In this document: positions 9,066 to 19,451 of the stretch, piece by piece
Layout: every line of letters starts with the position of its first letter
Numbering within the stretch: the first letter of the stretch is position 1
DNA from: a virus
Taxonomy: Duplodnaviria; Caudoviricetes
Strand: one strand, 5' to 3'
Virus record (IMG/VR): IMGVR_UViG_3300028833_003296
Coordinates: 1-64,000 of that record
DNA length: 64,000 nt
Program-made: the position numbers and the translations under genes
The notes under the pieces: generated by a model
Told to the model about the DNA's origin: nothing
Seen by the model: the letters and a program-made list of their open reading frames with translations, nothing else
Database searches by the model: none

Positions 9066-12000
9066 CTATCTCGTTAATTGTTCGTATCTCTTTTGCTTGG
9101 CTGCCAACCCATCTGGACCATCCAAGTAAACGTCGGCATTGATGCCCTTTGCCAACGTGTCGTTGAGTCTGCTGATGGTCTCGTTCATCGACGATAGAGA
9201 TCTATCCAGTTCGCTGTTGTCGTTATTCACGTTCACGATGGGCGTAACCACGTTTGTACCGCCGTTTCCCATACCGATGTCAACGGGCGTAATCCGTCCG
9301 ATGGTGTTGTTGCGCTGTGCCACGTCGATAGCGCGGAGGATGGGCAACAGGTTGGGATTTGCCACACCGTCATGGTTCACCACGAACTCACCTTCATGCA
9401 CCACGCCGGCACGCTTGCGCCAGTTGTTGCCGCCAGTGAATCCACCCTCGTAATATCCTGCCTCTTCAGCGGCATGTTGTTTCTTGATGGTGGCTATCTG
9501 CATCATACCCGCTGCCGTTGCCATGGCAGCAGCTACGGCACCCAACAGCCAATGTTCCTTCGAAGCCGATGCGTACGAATTGATGGCAGCCATAGCAGTG
9601 GAAGCGAAAGCCTGTGCAATCTCAATCTTCATTGCCTTCTTGTTGTACTTGGTCTTAATCTTCGCCAGTTCCTTTTGCTTCTGCTCCTCTATCTTCTTGC
9701 GACGCTTCTCATTGTTGCCAGCAGCTTCTATCTCACGGTCGTACTTCCTCGTGGTCACGGCTTGCTCGTACTGACTCTGTGCGGCATAGTATGACGATGC
9801 CGCTTGCATCACCTGGTTCACCGACTCGTAGGCTGCCTGAACTTGCGAAACCATGTTGGCAAGGAACTCCGACGTTACCTGTGCCTTTGCCTGCTCGTAT
9901 TCCTGATGGTTTATCTGGTCTTGTTCGCGCATGGTCTGCAGCTGCTGCAGCACGCTACGATATTGTGCCACCTCTCCCATGATGGGATTGTTGGCCATCG
10001 ACATGCCTTTGCCCTTGTCATAACCGCCAGTGGCCCTTGCCTGTGCCAATGTGATAGCGTCGTTCACTTTAGCGTCAAACTCCTCGTTGCGCCGTTCCGT
10101 CGGGTTCTGCGCATACTGTGCTTGGATGGCCAGTTTCATGCGCTGGTATTCCTCTTCAGACAACAGTTGTCTGCGGTGCAAATCCTCCAGTCCTTCAATG
10201 GCAACTCGTATTTGTTCATCGTTGCCCATACGGAGATATTCAGAACGCAACCGCCTAACTGTCTCTTGATACTCTTGCTCACGTTGTATCTTGTTGCGCT
10301 GTTCCGTCTGCTCTAACTCCCACTCGGCATCAATGCGCTCCTTGGAACCTTCCTTATACAGTTCCACCTTGTCTGCAAGGTATGTCTCTTCCAATAGGCG
10401 CAACCGCTCCTGTTTTTCCCGTTCCGTGATTTCGTGGCGAGCCGCTTGTGCCTCTATGATAGCTTGCTCGCGTAGCTTACACCGCTGCAAGTCTTCCAGT
10501 TTCATCTGGTTCATTTGCTGGGTTCCCTTGAAGTCGAGTTCCTCTATCTCCCTGTTCAGTTTCTCATACTCTGCAGAACCCTGTTGATATACATCTCTGC
10601 GTCTCTTCAACCCCTCACGTTGCAAGGCTTCCATGTCTTTGATGTATTGTCTGTAGGAAATCTTTCCCACTGCATACTCATGGGTCTTGGCGGCAATCAT
10701 TGCATCGCTTTCAGCCTTGGCGGCCTGTTCGGCAGCTTTCAGCCTGTCACGCTCTGCTTTCAGCCTTTCTCGTTCTGCCTTTGCGTCATCTTCCTCGTTA
10801 TTGTATCTTCCTTCACGTGTTTCTGGCATTGATGTTTTCGTGGGGTCAATCCCCTTATCTTTCAGATATTTGTTAAGGTCATCGAGTTCGTTTTGCGCTT
10901 CGTTCTTAGACTTGCGTAGTTGGTCTATGCCTATCTGGAGAGCACTCTCCTGCAGTTTACGCGTTCTTTCCAAATACTCACCATACTGTTGGCTATCAGA
11001 CGTGTCCACCACAAATTCCTTTCTTTTCTTCTCCAATTCTTGCTGCTTTTTCATGATTTCCAAATCGGCTTTCATGATGCGCTCTGTAATGTCAGTCATC
11101 TTGCTCATGGCAGCTTGAGCCGTGGCTGCATCCTGTAGTTTCTTGATATAGGCATCTATGGCTTCTGCATTCGAGTTGTACAATCCTCTCTCCTTTGAGA
11201 GGTGGCCGTGATATTCGGGCACTATGCGCCGCAGTTCCTCCAGTGCAGCCTTACGCTTGGCATACGTCTCATTGACATCCTCGACTGTCTTTCGCAAGAG
11301 ATTCACTTTCGCAACCCGCTCGGCACTGGCACGGTTTGCCTCTTCCTCTATCCGCTTGATGTTGCGCAGTTGTTGCTGGTGCTGCTGCAGGGCATCGGAG
11401 TTCTTACGCACGGCACTATCGCCTTTCGAGAATGCCGATATCAGTCCATAGATGGCAGTGCCAAGAGTGAGCACTACAGAGAGTAAGGCTGTATATGGGT
11501 TTGTCTTCATGGCTATGCCCATGGCTCGGATGGCAACGGTAGCCCTTACGACATTACCCGTCAATAAGGCTACTGCTACACGGTAAGCCCCCATCAAGAC
11601 AATACCAGCTTTGCGCAGGGCGTTAAGCGTTGCCTCTTTTGCTGCTGTCAACGCAGTAATGGCAAGGTGTCGCTGCTGCCAGGCATAAAGCACGGCGTAG
11701 GCGGTGGCATATACGGCTAATGCTTTCGCTACGGTCACAATCACTTCCCTGTACCGTAATGCAAAACGTATAGCGGACAGGAATCCCAGCTGCATTTCCG
11801 TGAACAATCCGCTGACGGCACTCTTCATCGGCAACAGTTGCTTGCCCAATGCCACCTGTGCGTTTTGCAGACGTGTGGAAGCCTTGGCCGCACGGTCACT
11901 GGCTGTCTCGGCATACTCGCCCATCGCCTGCATGTTGCGCTCCACTATGTTGGTAACAGCCTTCACGAAGTCTCCAGTCTTGCCCACTTCAGCCTCTATG

Positions 12001-12848
12001 TCCTTTGCGGATATGCCAAGGTTGTCGAGAATGGGCTTCGACTGCCTGCCAAGACCGTTGACGATAGAGGTCACGAGATAGTCTATTGACTCACCCGTAT
12101 CCTTCGCTTTCTGCTGTGCGAATGCCAAGTACTTGCCAAGCTGTTCAACAGGAAGGTTAAAATCCTTGAACTTTACCGCCTGTTTCATCAGTTCCAAATC
12201 TGTCACCGTGCCATGCGTTGCCTCACGCAACCCGTTAAGCAAGTCGGGACGGTCAAGGCGTTGGAATGCCAACTCCACACCCTCGGCAGACTCAGCGAGC
12301 TCGATGGACCTTGTTACAATAGATGTTAACTTGTCGTATACTCCTTGTAACCCACCACTGATTCCAAATATATTAGTTATAGCAAATCCAATTTTGTTGA
12401 ACCTATCCAAAAAACCCTCTTTCTTGGAACCTAATGTATCATCGGCCAACTTTGATTCTGACCTGATATTTTTTAATTCTTGGTTACATCTTTTCAATTG
12501 TTCATTCAGATATTTCCATTCTTCGCTGCCACGAATAATGGCCCCATTGCTCATTTCCTGATTGATGGCTTTAATTGTCTGCCTTATTTCTTTAATGGAC
12601 GCATTGGATAGATTACCCAATACACGGTCAACTTTTTGTGCAGACATTTGCATTTGAACAATCTCCTTGTTAGTTTGGTCAAGTTGCTTTTTTAAACTGT
12701 TGAAGGTAGGCCAATCCCCAGCTTTGGCTGCCTCTTCCTTCTTTTTTCGTAGTTCTTCGACTTTTCGTTGAAGTTCTTCCAATCTTTTCTTTGCCTCCTC
12801 GCTGTTTAGGAAGATGCGAGTGGTGAAGGTTTGTGTGTTATCTGCCAT
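9066..12848 (-). CDS. Tail tape measure protein
   Basis: 1260-aa Ala/Glu/Lys-rich coiled coil with C-terminal GYYEGGFTG...GVVHEGEFVVN motif typical of Bacteroidetes tape measures. Confidence 0.85.
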   Translation of the reverse strand: MADNTQTFTTRIFLNSEEAKKRLEELQRKVEELRKKKEEAAKAGDWPTFNSLKKQLDQTNKEIVQMQMSAQKVDRVLGNLSNASIKEIRQTIKAINQEMSNGAIIRGSEEWKYLNEQLKRCNQELKNIRSESKLADDTLGSKKEGFLDRFNKIGFAITNIFGISGGLQGVYDKLTSIVTRSIELAESAEGVELAFQRLDRPDLLNGLREATHGTVTDLELMKQAVKFKDFNLPVEQLGKYLAFAQQKAKDTGESIDYLVTSIVNGLGRQSKPILDNLGISAKDIEAEVGKTGDFVKAVTNIVERNMQAMGEYAETASDRAAKASTRLQNAQVALGKQLLPMKSAVSGLFTEMQLGFLSAIRFALRYREVIVTVAKALAVYATAYAVLYAWQQRHLAITALTAAKEATLNALRKAGIVLMGAYRVAVALLTGNVVRATVAIRAMGIAMKTNPYTALLSVVLTLGTAIYGLISAFSKGDSAVRKNSDALQQHQQQLRNIKRIEEEANRASAERVAKVNLLRKTVEDVNETYAKRKAALEELRRIVPEYHGHLSKERGLYNSNAEAIDAYIKKLQDAATAQAAMSKMTDITERIMKADLEIMKKQQELEKKRKEFVVDTSDSQQYGEYLERTRKLQESALQIGIDQLRKSKNEAQNELDDLNKYLKDKGIDPTKTSMPETREGRYNNEEDDAKAERERLKAERDRLKAAEQAAKAESDAMIAAKTHEYAVGKISYRQYIKDMEALQREGLKRRRDVYQQGSAEYEKLNREIEELDFKGTQQMNQMKLEDLQRCKLREQAIIEAQAARHEITEREKQERLRLLEETYLADKVELYKEGSKERIDAEWELEQTEQRNKIQREQEYQETVRRLRSEYLRMGNDEQIRVAIEGLEDLHRRQLLSEEEYQRMKLAIQAQYAQNPTERRNEEFDAKVNDAITLAQARATGGYDKGKGMSMANNPIMGEVAQYRSVLQQLQTMREQDQINHQEYEQAKAQVTSEFLANMVSQVQAAYESVNQVMQAASSYYAAQSQYEQAVTTRKYDREIEAAGNNEKRRKKIEEQKQKELAKIKTKYNKKAMKIEIAQAFASTAMAAINSYASASKEHWLLGAVAAAMATAAGMMQIATIKKQHAAEEAGYYEGGFTGGNNWRKRAGVVHEGEFVVNHDGVANPNLLPILRAIDVAQRNNTIGRITPVDIGMGNGGTNVVTPIVNVNNDNSELDRSLSSMNETISRLNDTLAKGINADVYLDGPDGLAAKQKRYEQLTR

Positions 12849-12912
12849 AAAAAAAACTACCTTTACACTATTATTAGTACAAAGGTAGTTGTGTTAAATC
12901 TAAATAAAAATA

Positions 12913-13089
12913 CTAATCTATGGGATGAGAACCCGATCTTGGCACATATCCCCATGGCATATAGGTTGTGTCTTTTAATCGGTAGTGTTTTCCATCAGAG
13001 CACTTAACTATCCTATTGGGGTCATCAGGATGTTTCCATGCAAAGAAGCAAATCGCAAATATAACAATTATCGTAAATAACGTTGCCAT
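12913..13089 (-). CDS. Small membrane-anchored protein with its own promoter (moron-like)
   Basis: MATLFTIIVIFAICFFAWK... one TM segment; -7 box TAGATTTG on the minus strand just upstream; AT-rich. Confidence 0.5.
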   Translation of the reverse strand: MATLFTIIVIFAICFFAWKHPDDPNRIVKCSDGKHYRLKDTTYMPWGYVPRSGSHPID

Positions 13090-13187
13090 AAAAATATATT
13101 CCTTTCTTGTTGCAAATCTACTCATTTCTTCCCATACTTCCAAGGGAATTTCCCTATTTCCGCTTGGGGAATCCCTATTGTATTCCC

Positions 13188-13271
13188 TTTAACAATTTTT
13201 TTGCTATAATAATCGCCGATAATTGATATAATAATCGGCGATTATATTATCAATTATTGGTGAAGATTGAT
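13188..13271. repeat. AT-rich palindromic element, degenerate relative of the 71-bp repeat
   Basis: 12-bp IR ATAATCGCCGAT (13209-13220) / ATCGGCGATTAT (13234-13245); starts TTTAACAATTTTTTTGCTATA and contains GGCGATTATAT like the 30452 and 41855 copies. Confidence 0.55.
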
Positions 13272-13408
13272 ATTACTACGTTCTAACGTTAGTGAGATAA
13301 ATGAAAAATTTGGAGGTGATACGTCGTTGATGACATATCACCTCCTCCATTCCTGGGCACCAATTCCGAGGCTTCCTACGCTTTCAAGCTGAACGCAAAA
13401 GGGTAATT

Positions 13409-13864
13409 CTATTCTTGATTTTTTCGGAAAATCAGCGTTACCATGAGTGTGATGGACGCTATGACAACGATTTCCCCTCCCAACGACTTCCACCAAGGAG
13501 GCTTCTTTTCCACCGTCTTTTCGCTGTCGTGGTTTTGGTTGAGCGCGTGCTTCATGCTGTCGAGCTGGTGCTTATAGTATGCGCTGCTGTCGCGCTCAAC
13601 GATTCGCTCACGGATGTAGTTGTTGTTGACCACCTTCACCGTGTCACCCTTTTGGTTGACGGTAACGATATGCTCCGTGTGGTGGTGAATGGTATCGTGT
13701 ACGGTTCGGTAAACATACAATTGCACCGTATCGACGCGGTGGGCGGTAATCGTGTCGTGGATTTCGAGCAACTCGCTTTTGCTGGACGTGGCGCATCCCG
13801 TTACCAAAAACGTAATTGATGATAAAGCGAGGCAAATATAAATATATGTAAGGCATCCTTTCAT
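13409..13864 (-). CDS. Putative unimolecular spanin
   Basis: Lipoprotein signal (LVTG-C) plus C-terminal TM helix (EIVVIASITLMVTLIF), directly after the endolysin. Confidence 0.65.
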   Translation of the reverse strand: MKGCLTYIYICLALSSITFLVTGCATSSKSELLEIHDTITAHRVDTVQLYVYRTVHDTIHHHTEHIVTVNQKGDTVKVVNNNYIRERIVERDSSAYYKHQLDSMKHALNQNHDSEKTVEKKPPWWKSLGGEIVVIASITLMVTLIFRKNQE

Positions 13865-14466
13865 GGCTTTTGGGTTTTGATGTAATTGACAATCCCGTCA
13901 ACATGCAGTTGAACGATGGCGTTGAATCCCTCTTCAGACAAGAGGTAATCCACGTCGTGGCGGTTGTCCTGGAAGAGGTTTTCGGTGAGCACGGCAGCAC
14001 ACCATGTTTGCGTAAGCATGTAGAAACGTGCCTCCTTGTCTGCATCCACGTCGGTCATGTCCATGCGGATATGGAATATGTTGGGCAGATTGTTGCGTGC
14101 CGATGCGTACAGGCAGTCGGCAAGGCGGTCGCCAGCCGTTCGTCCAGGAGACGTGTATGCCTCCCATCCACGGGCATTGTGCCACTTGCCGTCGTCGGGC
14201 GGTGCTGCATTGCAATGCACCGATACCATCAGTACGTTACGGCTGCCAGCTATCTGACAAACTTGGTTCACCCTCAGTACGCGCTTCTGCAGCGGCACGT
14301 CAGTTTCCTCCGTCACGATCCTGCGGGCATCATACCCCAATCGCGTGAGACGGTTCACTATTTCCTTCGCCACGTCACGGGCGTAGGCATACTCCATCAG
14401 TCGCCCGTCAGGACTCCTCTTGCCCTTCGTGTTGATACCGTGGCCGTTGTCCACCAGAATGATCAT
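13861..14466 (-). CDS. Endolysin, N-acetylmuramoyl-L-alanine amidase (Amidase_3)
   Basis: Zn-binding motifs ILVDNGHG, E-YAYA, VSVHCNA, AVLTENLFQDN. Confidence 0.92.
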   Translation of the reverse strand: MIILVDNGHGINTKGKRSPDGRLMEYAYARDVAKEIVNRLTRLGYDARRIVTEETDVPLQKRVLRVNQVCQIAGSRNVLMVSVHCNAAPPDDGKWHNARGWEAYTSPGRTAGDRLADCLYASARNNLPNIFHIRMDMTDVDADKEARFYMLTQTWCAAVLTENLFQDNRHDVDYLLSEEGFNAIVQLHVDGIVNYIKTQKP

Positions 14467-14722
14467 ATTTTCTTTCCTCCTCTTCCTTTATATTGTTTAA
14501 TTCCCTGCGTATCTCCGTCTTGAATGAAGCCAGTTGGTTGACGAAGTAGGCAGCCACTCCAAAAATGGCAAGGCCGCCAGATATGGCAATCCCTACATAC
14601 GTATTCACCCCTTCTCCCACTCGTTCAATGGTGAGGAACGAAGTGAATACAAGTATGATGGCAGAGGCAATCAATGCCACAGCGGAAATGTATTGTATCC
14701 AGTCTTTAGTGTTTTGTTGCAT
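14408..14722 (-). CDS. Putative holin
   Basis: Two TM segments and a charged C-terminus, immediately upstream of the endolysin. Confidence 0.65.
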   Translation of the reverse strand: MQQNTKDWIQYISAVALIASAIILVFTSFLTIERVGEGVNTYVGIAISGGLAIFGVAAYFVNQLASFKTEIRRELNNIKEEEERKYDHSGGQRPRYQHEGQEES

Positions 14723-14841
14723 AATCGTATTTATTTACTCAATTCTAAAGAGTGACAGGATTAGTTGTTTCCCTGCAGTCTCTCGTGGTACGTATCATTT
14801 TACATTTAGTACTATCCATAGTCGTAAGTTGTTTAATTCTT

Positions 14842-17800
14842 TTAAAATCTTCTGAAAAACTCTACCATTTCAACCCACGCAAGAGGAATGTCCGTGCATT
14901 GGTAGCCCAATGCGGTTGTAGGATTTACAACCAATGCTTCACCGTCAGCTTCCACATCTGCCGCAGACGTCTTATCGACTGCATGGTGTTTTCCTGTATG
15001 GTCAGGCATCCTCCTTATTTCAGCATAACCACCAGTAGCCTTTATCGAATTGACAAAATTAACACTCGCCTGATAGGAAACGTGGTTATCATCTCTTGCT
15101 ATGAATATTTTAAGCGGAACAGAACAAAGACGTTTTACATTAAGATTTGTCTGTCCCCTAAGCCATATACCAGCAAGGTTTTGCACTTCTGGCTGAATGA
15201 TATTCCTTAATGTAGGAACAACTCCTACAAGAAGATTGATATTCTTCAGACAAAGAGCTGAAAAAGCATCAGGGTCCATTCCATTGCCAGATGATGTACC
15301 TATTAAAGTATAAGTTGTTCCATTTATAGTTACTTCTGGGTCAAGTCCTGTATCATCTACGTACATAGCTCTCATGTTAGCCTGATAACCGAATTGTCCT
15401 GCAACTGGGTCTAATTGGGGCGCAAGCGGTACAACAGCCTTGACGGGAATTGAATGTTGGAACAACATGGCAGCGCAAACGATACCTCCAAAAGATTTTC
15501 CAAATACGTAAACTCCACTATTATCTACATTGTAGTGTGAAATAACCCATTCGTAAGCGTTTGTAATACAAGCCATATTTGTTGGAGATGCGAGTCCTCC
15601 ATCTTCAAAAGCCGAATCGTTTGAATATTTATTTGACACAGCAAAACAATCAAATATAGCATACCCTTCTTTTTGAAGGTATTCATAAAACGGAGTGTAC
15701 TTTCCGTTTGGAAATTCAGTTGAACCGACACTCATTTTAGTATATGTTATCTTTTGATATTGCCCACTTGCATGTGCATAGAAAATTAATTTTGACGGTT
15801 TTCCGAATTGATTGTAATTTGGTGGCAAACGTAACAAACCAGAATTATAATATTTTTGTTCTGGTAATTGCTCTATTGTATCATCGTCTACAACAACATC
15901 TCTACCGCAACAAGTATGTACTTGATATATGAAAGGAATTTCGTCAACAGATACATATTTATTCTTTATCTCTTTAAAATTCGTTGTCATAAAAACAACA
16001 GAAGATACGTCATCTACATTGGTTACATCAGAATTAAGAGTTATTCCTATCTTGAAATAAATACACGTACCAACATAATCTTCCGTATCAAAAGAATCTG
16101 AATACTCTACACGTTCAACCAAATCGAAATTTGAATCATAAAGAAATATTGTAGCTGAACAATCTGTCAGTGTCAACGTGAAAGGACACAACTGAATAAA
16201 ATTAGGAGTACGTTTGTGCTGGAAAAAAGTATCTCGTTGTACAATAGTACTCATATTGCCATCGTTTTCTATATATCCATATTCTAATGGTAAACTATAC
16301 TCTTTTAAAGATGCATTATTTCCAAGTACTGAATTTAATGATTCAGCAAAAGACTTGGTAACTTCTTGTAGCGTGGTAAGTTCCAATACTTCTGTTGGTG
16401 CTAAATCTTCTCCATCTATACGCCTTACGTTTAACCAAAAATGATGAACACGAGAACCGAAAGATTTTGCTAATACAGATGCTTTTGTAATATCTGGCGT
16501 TTCCTGACCATCTGGAGCTAATGATTCGTCACCTATATAATAGCCTTCTGCATCTATATATCTACCAGTCCACTTGTATGTATCTTTGTCTAAAATTCTT
16601 ACTTTTACAAAACCGTCAATATCTATCTTCGTTCGGATATGCTTTGCATTGTTTTGAAACAATTGACTTTCCTTTAACCCGCTGTTTGGACTATCTGGTC
16701 TTACAGTACCCTGCTCCATTTTTGATGCAGGAATATTTTCAGATACTGATGTTTGGAATTTCGGAATCCATTCTTCTATTTCATCCGCCTTGTCTTTCGC
16801 TTCTTGTGCAATTGCAATATCATCCTCCATTGCTTCTGCTACTGATTCAGCAAAAGGCTTAATGATTTGTTGTGTAGTAGTAAGTTCGAGTAATTCAGAA
16901 GGTGCAATATCTTCATTGTTATCGGGAATCACAACTACGTAGAGATACCTAATGTCTTCTGAGAAACTCTTAGCTTCAATTGTTTGCCTTGTTGTTTCTT
17001 GATTTGTCGCAACTGCACTTACGTTTCCCAAGAAGTTATCATCTGCATCAGTGCATCTTATAACATATGTATGATTATTTACACCATCAATAAACTTTAT
17101 GGATTGGAATGTCCTGTAGTCAATTTTGGTATAAATTCTATTTGTGGCAGACGTTATCATTTGCGATATGGGAATATCAGTAATAAGCGTATTTCCGTCA
17201 TATTTTAGACTAATACCACCTTGTATCATGCTATCCGCAGGAATCGACGATGTAGTAGTGGAAGGTGATTTCGGAATCCATTCGTCAATATCCGTTACGA
17301 CATCTTTAATGTCATCTATGGCATCAACACAATCTTCTACATCGGTGCTTATTTGTTGCAGACTGTCGTTTATGTTTGTATATCCAGAGTCTATCTTGAA
17401 AACGTTTTCGGTAGGGCTTACGTTTCCACCACCAACTTTCTTGAATTGTACGGCAACACGCTTATAAATATCATCGGAAATGAAATATTCCGAAATACCA
17501 TCTGTATTATTATAAATAGAAGCCAATGCGGTATTATCATAATTCAAACCAGCAATCTGCCTAATATAGTAACCTTCGTTGCAAGAAACTCTAACTGGTG
17601 TCTTTATGATAGCCATGACATTTGTAGAACTCCCCCATGTTTCCAAAACAGAGCCAACGTTAGAACTAAATCCGCCTTGTGTCAAAAGACTATTTGGGTT
17701 AAAACCTCTGTAAAGACCGTCTTTCAAATCAACTATATCAGCCAATGCACTTGACAATCCGCTGCCGTTGTGCCTTGCCATCAATAGCCACTTTGTTTCG

Positions 17801-18348
17801 TCGTAGTCTGCCGACATATCGCCAACGTAAATATATTCAGACCACGTATCACTTCCATTGTCAGGTACTGCGTAAATGGTTTTGTTATCTATTGTTGCAA
17901 TGGTGTTTGGTCTTGTCGGTGTAGCTTCCGTTGTAAACCCACTCTCCCTCAATGATGCAAGAAACTCTTCTTTCGTCTTCCCTTCATTCCCAGGTATAGC
18001 CTTCCAAATCTCATACGCGCTCAAACCATCGTCGCCCTTGGTGCCATGGAAGGAACCGCCGTTTTGGTATTCACCGTCGAGTGTGTCGCCGTCAGTTCCT
18101 ACGTAGAAGTAGATGTTTTCTCCCACTACGTAGCCCGTGCGCTTCTGCTTGTCGGTCAAGTCGCCAGTGGGCAGGTCGTCTATACTGTTAAGGAACTGAT
18201 AACCGCCCACCGCTCCATGGTGTTGCTCCGCCATGTAGAGTGCCATTGCCTTCAGGAGGTTGCCGATGAGCGTATTGGTGTTGGAACTTGGAGCCGTGTT
18301 TTTCGACACGATTTCTGCCAGTCGCTTTATTTTGTCAATAGATTCCAT
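14842..18348 (-). CDS. Tail spike/fibre with duplicated central domain and C-terminal alpha/beta-hydrolase (esterase)
   Basis: N-terminal GDDGLSAYEIW...GKTKEEFLASL tail-fibre motif; repeated (D/E)EWIPK...ELTT..Q...FAES domain; C-terminal FGKSFGG nucleophile elbow, IARDD and GKHH. Confidence 0.7.
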   Translation of the reverse strand: MESIDKIKRLAEIVSKNTAPSSNTNTLIGNLLKAMALYMAEQHHGAVGGYQFLNSIDDLPTGDLTDKQKRTGYVVGENIYFYVGTDGDTLDGEYQNGGSFHGTKGDDGLSAYEIWKAIPGNEGKTKEEFLASLRESGFTTEATPTRPNTIATIDNKTIYAVPDNGSDTWSEYIYVGDMSADYDETKWLLMARHNGSGLSSALADIVDLKDGLYRGFNPNSLLTQGGFSSNVGSVLETWGSSTNVMAIIKTPVRVSCNEGYYIRQIAGLNYDNTALASIYNNTDGISEYFISDDIYKRVAVQFKKVGGGNVSPTENVFKIDSGYTNINDSLQQISTDVEDCVDAIDDIKDVVTDIDEWIPKSPSTTTSSIPADSMIQGGISLKYDGNTLITDIPISQMITSATNRIYTKIDYRTFQSIKFIDGVNNHTYVIRCTDADDNFLGNVSAVATNQETTRQTIEAKSFSEDIRYLYVVVIPDNNEDIAPSELLELTTTQQIIKPFAESVAEAMEDDIAIAQEAKDKADEIEEWIPKFQTSVSENIPASKMEQGTVRPDSPNSGLKESQLFQNNAKHIRTKIDIDGFVKVRILDKDTYKWTGRYIDAEGYYIGDESLAPDGQETPDITKASVLAKSFGSRVHHFWLNVRRIDGEDLAPTEVLELTTLQEVTKSFAESLNSVLGNNASLKEYSLPLEYGYIENDGNMSTIVQRDTFFQHKRTPNFIQLCPFTLTLTDCSATIFLYDSNFDLVERVEYSDSFDTEDYVGTCIYFKIGITLNSDVTNVDDVSSVVFMTTNFKEIKNKYVSVDEIPFIYQVHTCCGRDVVVDDDTIEQLPEQKYYNSGLLRLPPNYNQFGKPSKLIFYAHASGQYQKITYTKMSVGSTEFPNGKYTPFYEYLQKEGYAIFDCFAVSNKYSNDSAFEDGGLASPTNMACITNAYEWVISHYNVDNSGVYVFGKSFGGIVCAAMLFQHSIPVKAVVPLAPQLDPVAGQFGYQANMRAMYVDDTGLDPEVTINGTTYTLIGTSSGNGMDPDAFSALCLKNINLLVGVVPTLRNIIQPEVQNLAGIWLRGQTNLNVKRLCSVPLKIFIARDDNHVSYQASVNFVNSIKATGGYAEIRRMPDHTGKHHAVDKTSAADVEADGEALVVNPTTALGYQCTDIPLAWVEMVEFFRRF

Positions 18349-18351
18349 ACC

Positions 18352-19395
18352 TTAATTGAATGTTGAGTCAAATGAGTTATCGAATATTCGTCCGTGCGAA
18401 CGGAAGTCGCAAATACTGAGTGTGCCAGAGGGTTTGAACTTAAACGTGAATCGCGGCATCTCCGCATCGTCGTTGGTGTAGGATGGCTTTGCCTCGATGA
18501 TGACGACGCGCGTCACCTGTTCCACTGGGGGGTTCTCCTTGTTGTCTGCCAGGAATGTTTCTTTGGATCGCAACATATCTTTCCAGAGGTTCACGCTGCC
18601 GAACGGGATTACGCCGCTGTCGGCCGTGTATTCAATCCTTTCGTCCACGTTGTAGCAAATGAATTTCCCGTTGATCATCGAAGTTTCGTGGGAGAATTCC
18701 GTATTATCCTCGATATTGCCCGTGCAATACACGTACTCCATGCAGCCGAATGCGTTCCTGAAGTTTACACATATCACGTCGTGCAGTGTCTCGCTCTCCA
18801 CGTCGAATTGCTGCGTTCTACTGCCAGCGTTGACGGTGTAGGATACGAGAATGCCGATGGAGTCGTCAACGAAAAGAGACGGCGAAACGTCAACATGCTT
18901 GATGAGCGTATCGTCTGCCACGGGCGACAAATTGAATGTCTTCGTGGAAAGATCATCGTAAACGGCTTGAACGGTCACGTCGTCGTTGCCGATGTAATGC
19001 AATGCCTCGGTGCGATGTAGCGACGTTACGCGACGACCTTGTGCCAAGGTGAGGAAATGGCCGTCGATGACATTTGCTGCAGAACCCAGAAGATGGGCGT
19101 TGCAATGTCGAACGTTGAATGTTACGCTGTCGGAACCATTGTCAGCCGTAACCGATATCGTTACGCTTGCCAATAGCGATTGATCTATGCTTGCACGCAA
19201 GAGGTTTGGCAAGGCACTGAGGAATACGCGACCGCCAACAGCATACAACGTTTCATCATAGATTACCGATGCAGTGCCGCTGATGGGCGTTACTGATACG
19301 ATAATCTCCACTGAAGTTTGGTCGGTGGAAATCTCCATGTCGGGCACTCCTGGAGTGAAGTACAATTGGTCGTATTCCGTTATGATGCTTACCAT
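18352..19395 (-). CDS. Tail protein (homologous to the N-terminus of 53459..58690)
   Basis: NFRNAFGCMEY aligns with LFENSLGGMDT of the prophage 2 protein; tail-module position. Confidence 0.5.
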   Translation of the reverse strand: MVSIITEYDQLYFTPGVPDMEISTDQTSVEIIVSVTPISGTASVIYDETLYAVGGRVFLSALPNLLRASIDQSLLASVTISVTADNGSDSVTFNVRHCNAHLLGSAANVIDGHFLTLAQGRRVTSLHRTEALHYIGNDDVTVQAVYDDLSTKTFNLSPVADDTLIKHVDVSPSLFVDDSIGILVSYTVNAGSRTQQFDVESETLHDVICVNFRNAFGCMEYVYCTGNIEDNTEFSHETSMINGKFICYNVDERIEYTADSGVIPFGSVNLWKDMLRSKETFLADNKENPPVEQVTRVVIIEAKPSYTNDDAEMPRFTFKFKPSGTLSICDFRSHGRIFDNSFDSTFN

Positions 19396-19451
19396 GTCTT
19401 TGCTTATTTAAGGCAAATTTAGTTTTCGTTGCGGGGAAATAAAAATACGCA

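Noticed and set aside
14745-14819. 24-codon ORF MDSTKCKMIRTTRDCRETTNPVTL between the spike and holin
   Set aside because: Short enough to occur by chance; no motif and no second copy to support it.
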